DNA from: an uncultured archaeon
Lineage (GTDB): Archaea > Asgardarchaeota > Thorarchaeia > Thorarchaeales > Thorarchaeaceae
DNA length: 32,000 bases
Reading direction: 5' to 3'
NCBI GenBank assembly: GCA_964648855.1
Contig: CAZYLT010000006.1
Location: 1 to 32,000, forward strand
The translations under genes and the position numbers were made by a program. The notes beneath the pieces are model-generated. The model was not told the DNA's origin. It saw only the letters and a program-made list of their open reading frames with translations, and did not search any database. Shown here piece by piece: positions 1-7,543 of this stretch (the first letter of the stretch is position 1; each line of letters begins with the position of its first letter).

Positions 1-162
1 GCAGCAAGACTCGTCTGAGCATGGTGAACAGCCGCGGACTCTCCGGGAGCTGATGTAGTCCCTTTGGTGGAGAGTAAGGACCTCCGTCGAGAAGTCGTGG
101 ACTTCCCTCGGGCTTTCGGCGGCGAGCTCCGCGAGATGGCGCTGGCCCACTCACCTAGTCCA
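1..162 (-). ncRNA. Probable SRP (7S) RNA, 5' half (Alu domain and helix 5); runs off the window
   Basis: GC-rich tract. The minus strand reads GGACUAGGUGAGUGGGCCAGCGCCAUCUCGCGGAGCUCGCCGCCGAAAGCCCGAGGGAAG, resembling the archaeal 7S start (GGCUAGG...two small hairpins...GCCGAA(A)GCC.GAGGG, recalled from memory). A TATA box TTAAATA lies ~22 nt upstream. The diagnostic helix 8 is outside the window. Confidence 0.55.
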
Positions 163-182
163 GTATTGAGTCTGACTGGGGC

Positions 183-189
183 TATTTAA
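183..189 (-). promoter_or_regulatory. TATA box for the ncRNA
   Basis: TTAAATA on the minus strand at archaeal spacing from the predicted 5' end (~162). Confidence 0.5.
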
Positions 190-204
190 TCTCCCACAGA
201 ATTC

Positions 205-418
205 ATGGTGAGCACAGCTAGGGAAAAATCTGACACTCTTATCGGACATTTAACTAGAAAACGAGGCGGTATTGCATCACTCTCAAATTGTTCCCCGCTG
301 CGAAACCATGGAGGAATTTGGGTATTGCAATCCGGATGACATATGTGAAAGAATGAGCGGAACAAGCCCATTAGAATATCAGAGCGTGAGAACTTGCGTA
401 AAATCCATGAGTATTTGA
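205..418 (+). pseudogene. Possible degraded fragment of the primase large subunit (PriL) C-terminal Fe-S region
   Basis: One frame gives EKSDTLIGHLTRKRGG. A shifted frame gives PRCETMEEFGYCNPDDICERMSGTSPLEY, resembling PriL H-x-x-G-x-RG...P-x-C-x-T-x(4)-G-x-C-x-PD-x2-C...PL-x-Y. There is no intact ORF. Confidence 0.35.
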
Positions 419-441
419 AATACAGAAGACCTCCACCACTG

Positions 442-449
442 CTTAAATA
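442..449 (+). promoter_or_regulatory. TATA box of the HD gene
   Basis: CTTAAATA ~34 nt before GTG 483; same CTTAAAT core as at 3753 and 12502. Confidence 0.45.
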
Positions 450-482
450 TAGGTCCAACGCATCTGACTGTGGGTTTGGACC

Positions 483-1988
483 GTGAAGGACGCTCTTGAG
501 ATTGATACAATTCGACTAATTCGTTTGACTGGTATTAGAGAAGAGAATATCAGAAGAGCCCGAAAAGAGAATGGCAGAGATTGGAAGAATATCCAGGAAA
601 GCATTACCTACCACAACAAAATCTTGGATCTTGGAGAACCACAAACACGACAGAAGGCAATCCAGGACCCTATACATGGAGCAATTCTCCTAGAACCCTG
701 GGAACTCGATATTATATCATCCTGGGAAATGCTACGGCTCAGATATGTGAAGCAGCTGGGTCCTGCTCATGTTGTCTATCCCGGAGCAACTCACACACGT
801 TTCGAACATTGCATCGGCACGAGTTTTCTTGCCCAGAAGTGCATACGTGTTGTAAACTACTGTGAAAACTTGGATGAGGCTTGTTTTGTGCCCTTATCTC
901 GACTCTTAGAACCATATCATCAAAAGCTCTTTAGAATCGCTGCACTTCTGCACGATGTGGGTCATCCCCCCACATCTCATACCATTGAATTCGCCCTGGA
1001 GAACTGGGCAGGTCTATCTCATACTGACTTGGGACAATTCCTAATCCTGAATAGCGGCCTCACAGACATTCTACGCGAAAATGATATCGGTCCAGAAACC
1101 CTCGTATCTATTCTGAAAGGAGATACCGAAGACCCCATTCTCGCGCTATTGACAGATTTCCTGGATAGTCCTCTTGATCTGGACAAAACAGACTACCTAA
1201 TCCGGGACGCCCATTTCAGTGGTGTAGAGCTAGGAATATTTCCTGCAGAACGGGTTCTCCTGACAAATCGAGTCATCAAAAATGATGGAGAATATCGTAG
1301 AGCATTTATGCTGAAGGCTCTCCATTCTCTTGAGTCACTAATACTAAGCAGGTCTTGGATGTTTGCGGACCTCTACTTGCATCATGCAGTACGTGTTGCT
1401 GAGGCTTTGACATCAAAAGCAACGTACTATAGAATGAAGGAAGAAAAACTGACGAAGAATGAGTGCATCGGATTGTTTACCAGAATGACTGATGCTGACC
1501 TTTACAGATGGCTTGCTGAATCAGATATTGATTTCGTCAAGGAATATGCTGCTCGCATCCGATATCGACGCTTGTTCAAGGTTGTGACATCAAGACCAAT
1601 AGCGTCATTTGATGAAGATTCCCAAGAATTTCTCCTCTCAACTCTTAATGACATAGATGCATTGACCAAGGTAGAACTAGAGCTGGTTGATGATGTTGGA
1701 AACGTGATTGTTGATGTCGTTAACCCTATCCTTGGCGAAGAATTTCTCCGGAATATTCCAATCTTGCTTGGTGGTATGCGAGGCTTTGATGTAGTTCCGC
1801 TATCAGAAACTGAAGAAGGTCGCCCTCTTTTACAAGCCCTCAGGCAACAGAAACGCACAATTCCTGCTGTGCGAATATACTCAGACCCATCAATAGCCAA
1901 CCAAGTTCGCTCGAAATTTGATAAGGAATTTCCGTCTGAAAGGCATCCGCCCTATCGTGAAGATGATTATGGCTTCTCGGACTATTAA
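483..1988 (+). CDS. HD-superfamily phosphohydrolase (COG1078 / dNTP triphosphohydrolase, SAMHD1-like)
   Basis: Motifs DPIHG, RLRYVKQLG...YPGATHTRFEH, LLHDVGH..SH, DLDKTDYLIRD and YLHH. Confidence 0.9.
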   Translation: MKDALEIDTIRLIRLTGIREENIRRARKENGRDWKNIQESITYHNKILDLGEPQTRQKAIQDPIHGAILLEPWELDIISSWEMLRLRYVKQLGPAHVVYPGATHTRFEHCIGTSFLAQKCIRVVNYCENLDEACFVPLSRLLEPYHQKLFRIAALLHDVGHPPTSHTIEFALENWAGLSHTDLGQFLILNSGLTDILRENDIGPETLVSILKGDTEDPILALLTDFLDSPLDLDKTDYLIRDAHFSGVELGIFPAERVLLTNRVIKNDGEYRRAFMLKALHSLESLILSRSWMFADLYLHHAVRVAEALTSKATYYRMKEEKLTKNECIGLFTRMTDADLYRWLAESDIDFVKEYAARIRYRRLFKVVTSRPIASFDEDSQEFLLSTLNDIDALTKVELELVDDVGNVIVDVVNPILGEEFLRNIPILLGGMRGFDVVPLSETEEGRPLLQALRQQKRTIPAVRIYSDPSIANQVRSKFDKEFPSERHPPYREDDYGFSDY

Positions 1989-2001
1989 GGAACTACTTCA
2001 C

Positions 2002-2688
2002 TCAGAAAAGGATGGTAGCGAGTTTTTTAGCTTCTTCAAAACCTCGTTCCATGTAAATTACACCAAACAATGCCTCTACGAGAGTTCCCTTGATGTGTTC
2101 CATCTCAGATTTTTCTTGCGTTTCTGGGTCAAAGTGGATACGATGGTCGTATAGTCCAAGTTTATCACATATCCGAGCCAGATGTTCATTGTTCACTAAT
2201 TGTGAACGGCGCTGAGTCAGATTGCCGACACGAGATGCATCAGGTTCCCATAGATGGTCCAAAATGGCGATGTCGATAACTGCATCTCCTAAGAGACCCA
2301 ACACCTTTGCGATTTCGCTTAAACCGATCAATGTTTCAAGTTTCTGCACATGACATGTTGCGTTTTCCTCAGAGTAGTGGGTCTGAATTTCCAAGAACAC
2401 ATTCTTAGTACTGGGCTGGAAAAGGGAAGTGGTCAGCAACCCCCTTTTATTCAAAGGCACACCGAGCTCTGATTCAAGTCTTGGTTGAAGCCCCTCCTCA
2501 ATATGTTGAATGGATGTGCGAATGCCAGATAGCATATTACTCCAACGAGTCATTTTCCTCAGAGTTCGTGTGTTTTCGGGAGGCGTTTCTGAAATTGATT
2601 CTTGTACCAAATCCAGAAGATACCCGAGTTCCTCTTCAAACTGAACCTCTTCCCATTTCAATGCCGGATTATCACTACCAGAAGTCAT
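2002..2688 (-). CDS. Ribonuclease III-domain protein lacking dsRBD (Mini-III-like), with N-terminal extension
   Basis: LGLLGDAVID, GNLTQRRSQLVNNEHLARICDKLGL and GTLVEALFGVIYMERG match the RNase III fold; the protein ends right after this domain. Confidence 0.8.
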   Translation of the reverse strand: MTSGSDNPALKWEEVQFEEELGYLLDLVQESISETPPENTRTLRKMTRWSNMLSGIRTSIQHIEEGLQPRLESELGVPLNKRGLLTTSLFQPSTKNVFLEIQTHYSEENATCHVQKLETLIGLSEIAKVLGLLGDAVIDIAILDHLWEPDASRVGNLTQRRSQLVNNEHLARICDKLGLYDHRIHFDPETQEKSEMEHIKGTLVEALFGVIYMERGFEEAKKLATILF

Positions 2689-3481
2689 TCTGGGACTCCC
2701 TTGGATGCACTTGGGTGACTACTGTTCCGTCAACATCATACTTCTCTACATATATTCCACGGAGTGCATATTCTTCCGTCATTCTAGTCAATGCTGCTTG
2801 GACTAGGGGGGTTCCCATCGACATGTCCACCACAATATCGTGGGACGGAATATAGTCAATGACAACATCTCGGATAAAATCATATGTGGCTGGAAGATTT
2901 CCATGGTCCGCCCCTTGTTGCTTGCTGGTAATCTCCCGTGGAATATCGTACCATTCGGTATCCCACTTTCCGCCCGTACCGTCCGGAATGAATCTATCAA
3001 CACTTCTTAATACTTGTCTTTGCCAAGTTCTAGCCTCGACAAATAAAAGCAAGTTGCGAGGTCTGAATTCTTTTGATTTGCTTAGCCAAAGAATGAACGG
3101 GCGTTGGTCATCTGGTTGTTCAAGTGATGCAACATAAGCCAGTGGGCGCTTAATGCTTAGAGCTCTGCGGACTGGATGAACTGCCCTGGGACAGAGTTCA
3201 TAGATTCTCTCCTTGGATTCTTTTCTGCTCTTGATTATTCCTTCGTCTTCTAGGTGCTTGGTATTATGGTAGAGCTTTGGATCAGATACCACGACCTTCT
3301 CAACCTTAACCTGTTCCTTTCCCTTCTTCTCGATAAGTGTCGCTGTCATGTCTTTCCGTATGCTTTCGCGCAGTTCACTGCCTGACTTGGGACCGCCCTC
3401 TAATTGGTCCAGTATTATTCTTCTTGCGCGAACGCTCTCTACTTCTTCTCGGATGATTTCATCTGCTGTTTTACCTAACAT
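2675..3481 (-). CDS. Winged-HTH (ArsR/PadR-like) regulator with C-terminal CARF-like Rossmann domain
   Basis: N-term RRIILDQLEGGPKSGSEL...LYHNTKHLEDEGII...RIYEL is a wHTH. C-term AYVASL / RPRNLLLF / NLPATYDFI / IVVDMSMGTPLVQAAL / GIYV follows CARF topology. Overlaps the downstream gene by 14 nt. Confidence 0.7.
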   Translation of the reverse strand: MLGKTADEIIREEVESVRARRIILDQLEGGPKSGSELRESIRKDMTATLIEKKGKEQVKVEKVVVSDPKLYHNTKHLEDEGIIKSRKESKERIYELCPRAVHPVRRALSIKRPLAYVASLEQPDDQRPFILWLSKSKEFRPRNLLLFVEARTWQRQVLRSVDRFIPDGTGGKWDTEWYDIPREITSKQQGADHGNLPATYDFIRDVVIDYIPSHDIVVDMSMGTPLVQAALTRMTEEYALRGIYVEKYDVDGTVVTQVHPRESQNDFW

Positions 3482-3752
3482 GTTGACCGTCTCAGGGGAT
3501 AATTCTGCAGAATCATATGTCCTCTATCCAGCTTAGGTAAATAACCATATTGTATACATATACCATGTAGATTACCGAATATTGCCCGGATAGTATCTGG
3601 GTGTTACCTGAGTTGTTTTGTCCAAGAGCTTCCTACGGCAGTCAGAGGGCTCCTAGACTGCATTTTGCCAAAACGCTCTTCGAACGACTACATATACATA
3701 ACCAACATAGTTATTATATTTATTTAATTAAATACGGGCAATCCCGATAAAC

Positions 3753-3759
3753 CTTAAAT
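3753..3759 (+). promoter_or_regulatory. TATA box of the actin gene
   Basis: GATAAAC-CTTAAAT (BRE-like + TATA) ~100 nt upstream of the ATG; GAGGA SD at ~3847. Confidence 0.45.
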
Positions 3760-3860
3760 GCCTCTGGAAGCACAAGTACTTAGTACAGAGCTCTAGGCAC
3801 TTCATCGAAGAGTCGAGAATCTCTGAACTACGACAATAAAATAAACGAGGACTGTTAATA

Positions 3861-5003
3861 ATGGCTGAAACTGATGATCTGTTAGGGGCTAAGCCCATTG
3901 TTATTGACAATGGAACTGGCCTCAGCAAAAACGGATATGCCGGCGAAGATCAGCCACGAAGTGTCTGGCCTACGCTCATTGGATACCCACGATATGAGAG
4001 TATAATGACCGACGTGGACCACTATACGAGAGACTATTACATCGGAGAGGAAGCAATCAACCTCCGCGGTGTGCTACGTCTGGTATATCCCATAACCCAT
4101 GGTGTGATTGAAGACTGGGACGCAATTGAAAAAATCTGGTCATACACCTTCTATAATGACTTGAAGGTGGACCCAAGTGAGAATCCCGTTCTCCTCACTG
4201 AAGCACCATTCAACCCGCGAGAAAACCGAGAACGCATGGCATCTGTCATGTTCGATAATTTTGGTGTACCTGCAGTGTACGTTGCCACACAGGCAGTCTT
4301 GTCACTGTATGCATCCGGAAGGACCACTGGTCTGGTTATCGACTCCGGAGATGGTGTGACTCACATCGTACCTATCTATGAGGGCTTTGCGATTACACAC
4401 GCAATCCGAAGAATTGACTTGGCTGGAAGAGACATAACCGAGTATCTGCGTAGACTGCTCAGGCAACGAGGTTATTCCTTTGTGAGCGGCGCAGAGAAAG
4501 AGATTGTAAGAGATATCAAAGAGAAGAGATGCTACGTTGCAATTGATCCTGAGAAGGAACGTGCAGTAGCTGACAAGGCTGGTGTTGATAAACCCTACAT
4601 GCTACCAGATGGCGAAACCATCATGATTGGTGCAGAGAGGTTCCAAGCACCTGAGCTGTTCTTCAATCCAAGTGCAATTGGTCTTGACACAATACCTCTT
4701 GACGATCACATCGTTGAGGCAATCAAGGCATGTGATGTCGACTTGCGACGTGACCTCTATGCCAACATCGTTCTATCCGGTGGCTCAACTATGTTCGATG
4801 GACTGAAGCAGAGGCTCCAGAAGGAGATCACTGAACTAGTACCTGAGAATATTGAAGTCCGCATCATCGCTCCACCCGAGAGACAATACTCTGTCTGGAT
4901 TGGCGGAAGCATTCTTGCTTCACTCAAGACATTCCAGAAGATGTGGGTCTCACGCAAGGAGTTCGAAGAAGCAGGACCAGAAGTTATCCATCGCTGTATC
5001 TAG
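3861..5003 (+). CDS. Asgard actin (Lokiactin-type, eukaryote-like)
   Basis: IVIDNGTG, YPITHGVI, PVLLTEAPFNP, QAVLSLYASGRTTG, DSGDGVTH, DLAGRD, LSGGSTMF, PPERQYSVWIGGSILASL and C-term IHRCI. Confidence 0.97.
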   Translation: MAETDDLLGAKPIVIDNGTGLSKNGYAGEDQPRSVWPTLIGYPRYESIMTDVDHYTRDYYIGEEAINLRGVLRLVYPITHGVIEDWDAIEKIWSYTFYNDLKVDPSENPVLLTEAPFNPRENRERMASVMFDNFGVPAVYVATQAVLSLYASGRTTGLVIDSGDGVTHIVPIYEGFAITHAIRRIDLAGRDITEYLRRLLRQRGYSFVSGAEKEIVRDIKEKRCYVAIDPEKERAVADKAGVDKPYMLPDGETIMIGAERFQAPELFFNPSAIGLDTIPLDDHIVEAIKACDVDLRRDLYANIVLSGGSTMFDGLKQRLQKEITELVPENIEVRIIAPPERQYSVWIGGSILASLKTFQKMWVSRKEFEEAGPEVIHRCI

Positions 5004-5010
5004 TTAAAAA

Positions 5011-5050
5011 ATGACAGGAGCTCTCCTGTCATCCCCCTTTCTTCTTTTTA
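5011..5050 (+). terminator. Hairpin plus pyrimidine/U tract after actin
   Basis: ATGACAGGAG-CT-CTCCTGTCAT perfect inverted repeat followed by CCCCCTTTCTTCTTTTT. Confidence 0.75.
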
Positions 5051-5214
5051 TTCAAATCTCAACAATTGGACGTCATTAGATATTCTGCCTATTTGAATTC
5101 CTTCACAATTAGCTTCTGTGGACTTTCTTTATCCTATAGCGTGGATTCAAAGTCATCCCAATATTATGGATTTTCTCAACGGCTGATTGATTTGAAAAGT
5201 TCATTCGCAATACC

Positions 5215-5234
5215 ATTAGAACACGTGTTCTAAT
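5215..5234. repeat. Perfect 20-bp palindrome
   Basis: ATTAGAACACGTGTTCTAAT equals its own reverse complement. Confidence 0.9.
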
Positions 5235-5278
5235 ATTTCTAAACAGCCCTCCAATCTGAATCGGTATTTTTCGAGTAT

Positions 5279-5743
5279 CTACCAAGGCCTCTCAGATTCG
5301 TCATATGGTCGGAAATGGAGGAGCAGCATCGCAATAACGAAAAACGCAGGAATCGGATATAGCAGCTCCGAGAAACCAGAGGGCTCTAGTCGTTGAAGTA
5401 TGAATGAGTATGTGAATAGTACAATCGCAGGCAAAATTGACAGAATACCTATTGCGATTGTCTGTCTTTTGGAAACGTTACCAGAGTAGTATCTAATCAT
5501 CCAAAATGCGAGCAACAATCTCGGGATCCAATATGAACCATTGACTAGAAGATCTGACCATTCAATCAACGTGAATCCATTGAAATAGAATGAACTAACA
5601 AACGCCCAAAAAGGCCATCGAATGACATGGTTTGCCGACCCCAGCCCGACTGTCTGTTCATATCCGTATGGCAGAAGAATGACGCTCAATAAAACAACTA
5701 GAGATGCTACAATTGGACGGCTCTTGTCAGCTTTATGGTTCAA
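5279..5743 (-). CDS. Hypothetical multi-pass membrane protein
   Basis: Four to five hydrophobic segments. Confidence 0.7.
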   Translation of the reverse strand: MNHKADKSRPIVASLVVLLSVILLPYGYEQTVGLGSANHVIRWPFWAFVSSFYFNGFTLIEWSDLLVNGSYWIPRLLLAFWMIRYYSGNVSKRQTIAIGILSILPAIVLFTYSFILQRLEPSGFSELLYPIPAFFVIAMLLLHFRPYDESERPW

Positions 5744-5918
5744 TGATATCGAACTCCAAAGTATTAAGTTGAAAGAATGAAATAAGTATTCTAATCATAG
5801 CAATGTATCTTTACAATTGGAATATCTGCTGTCGAATCTGTGTTATGTATGAATTAATCATAGCTAGTTTCAAGAAGATTGATATCCAGCTGAGTGATAC
5901 GATACTGTCGATTGTATT

Positions 5919-6419
5919 ATGCCATATAATCAGATGAACCGATTCAATCCACCTGAATATGGACTGCAGCCAGAAGAAACAGTTCTATGGCAGCAATCTG
6001 CAGCTACGCCTTTCATGATTTTCTATTGTGGGGGCTGTGCTACGCTATCGAGTGTCTTCGTAATTCCAATTATCGCCGCATACATCGGAGAGTCAATCGC
6101 ATCAGGATATGCACTCTTCGTTCTGATGATTCTCTTGTATATGATTGCAAGATATATCAATATTCGAAGAACACAGTATTACTTGACTTCAAGTCGAATC
6201 ATTGAAACACGTGGAGGGCGAATCGTGGAAGAAATACCCCGCGAGTCGCTTAGGGATAAAGATCCAAATGATTTCTTTCAGGCAAAAGAAGACCACAAAT
6301 CCGGTGGAGATACAATGTATACTATACGCATCTACAGTATTGAATTGGGCAAGTTGATTGAGTTTCATGGAATTCGGGACTGGGACCTAAAAAAAATCCG
6401 TAAGATAATGCAGCACTAA
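5919..6419 (+). CDS. Membrane protein with two TM helices and a bacterial-PH-like C-terminus
   Basis: LQPEETVLW...2 TM...YYLTSSRII pattern typical of bPH-domain membrane proteins. Confidence 0.65.
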   Translation: MPYNQMNRFNPPEYGLQPEETVLWQQSAATPFMIFYCGGCATLSSVFVIPIIAAYIGESIASGYALFVLMILLYMIARYINIRRTQYYLTSSRIIETRGGRIVEEIPRESLRDKDPNDFFQAKEDHKSGGDTMYTIRIYSIELGKLIEFHGIRDWDLKKIRKIMQH

Positions 6420-6452
6420 AACGAAGTTAAAATGCCTCCAAGACTTCTCTCA

Positions 6453-6757
6453 TTACCTTTTCATCTCCTTTTCATATTGCTCCATTTCACATATTATGTC
6501 TAGGTCTTTGGGAAAGGGATCAAAAAATGTTTGAGATTGTAAGTACTCATTTTCAAATCGTAACACCCACATTCTAAGCAGCTCACGCACCAATGTCAGG
6601 GTTGCCTTTCCAGTTCTGTAGTTCTTCAGTTGATTAAGGAATCGCTTTCTTTCAAAATCACTGCCTTTCTTGCAGAAATAGCCGTGCTATTCCACCAACA
6701 TCTGCAGAAGCCTAGACACTTACTGGAATAGATCTTCGGCTTTGGATACTCTCTCAT
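6453..6757 (-). pseudogene. Internally deleted, frameshifted DUF523-DUF1722 (YbbK/YbgA-like) gene
   Basis: SD + ATG gives MREYPKPKIYSSKCLGFCRCWWN (DUF523 N-term). It joins out of frame to GYFCKKGSDFERKRFLNQLKNYRTGK...LLRMWVLRFENEYLQSQTFFDPFPKDL (DUF1722 C-term). Not in the ORF track. Confidence 0.8.
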
Positions 6758-6874
6758 CTCTACTCCACCATTCATTATCAGTACCAACTCATCCAATGTG
6801 AGATGACATATATCTGTTGAATTGACATTTTGGGCTCCAACCTAACAGATAACAGCGGTTATCAATGAAATCGA

Positions 6875-7525
6875 ATGAAGGATATGCAAGTGAAACAGTA
6901 TCGAGAGCGGAAGATAATGAAGATACGTAACCTCACAGTTGCTATTCTAGCAGGAGACGACTCAAGTCGGCTTGGTAGCTATAGGGCAATGGCGAATTAC
7001 AGGGGGAAAGCATTGCTGGCTCACATGATCGAGATTGGCGAGAAGGTGTCAAGTAACCTGATGATCGTAGTTTCCAATTTTAATCAGAAGCAAATGGTAC
7101 AGGAGCTGAATCCAAACATGAACGTGGTTGTCGATTCAAGAGGCAGTCCTCGAATTCCTCTCTCTGAAGCGGTCACAGCTTTTGAAAACACCTCCAGTGA
7201 CTATACTCTGCTTCTTCCTGCAGATTCACCAAAGGCTAGTACTGATCTTTTGATAACTCTGGGCCAAATGAAAGAGGGGCACGGTGCCGTTGTACCATCC
7301 TGGCCTAATGGTTCCGTTGAGCCTCTTCACTCGGTGTATATGTCAGAACATGCTCATGTCAATGGTCTGAAAGCCTTAGAGAGCGATTCTCCGAATATGC
7401 AGAATCTCCTATCTCTCCTGAGAAATGTCATCTATGTTTCGACTGAAGTATTGAAACAATTCGACCCAAAATTGGAAACTTTCGACAGAACCAACTCTCC
7501 ATCTGAGCGAAGACGATTGAAGTGA
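6875..7525 (+). CDS. mobA: MobA-like NTP transferase (Moco guanylyltransferase family), divergent motifs; start may be 6917
   Basis: VAILAGDDSSRLG, LLLPADSP, AVVPSWPNGSVEPLHSVY and QFDPKLETF. Confidence 0.75.
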   Translation: MKDMQVKQYRERKIMKIRNLTVAILAGDDSSRLGSYRAMANYRGKALLAHMIEIGEKVSSNLMIVVSNFNQKQMVQELNPNMNVVVDSRGSPRIPLSEAVTAFENTSSDYTLLLPADSPKASTDLLITLGQMKEGHGAVVPSWPNGSVEPLHSVYMSEHAHVNGLKALESDSPNMQNLLSLLRNVIYVSTEVLKQFDPKLETFDRTNSPSERRRLK

Positions 7526-7543
7526 TTTCTGTTGATAGGACTG

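Noticed and set aside
60-160. RNase P RNA, IS200/IS605 end or omega-RNA (minus-strand GAGGGAAGUCC; hairpin GAAGTC-GTG-GACTTC)
   Set aside because: Other RNase P conserved regions were not seen and no tnpB/iscB is visible. SRP RNA fits the 5' layout better, but these are not fully excluded.
186-458. 90-aa minus-strand ORF
   Set aside because: No motifs, TTG start, and it overlaps two candidate promoters
5208-5240. Palindrome as Xer/dif site
   Set aside because: Arms outside a 6-bp spacer match for only 7 bp and lack the TATAA/TTATA core of archaeal dif
6600-6757. Selenocysteine readthrough or programmed frameshift in the DUF523 relic
   Set aside because: Most of the protein is missing; no slippery site or SECIS was recognised
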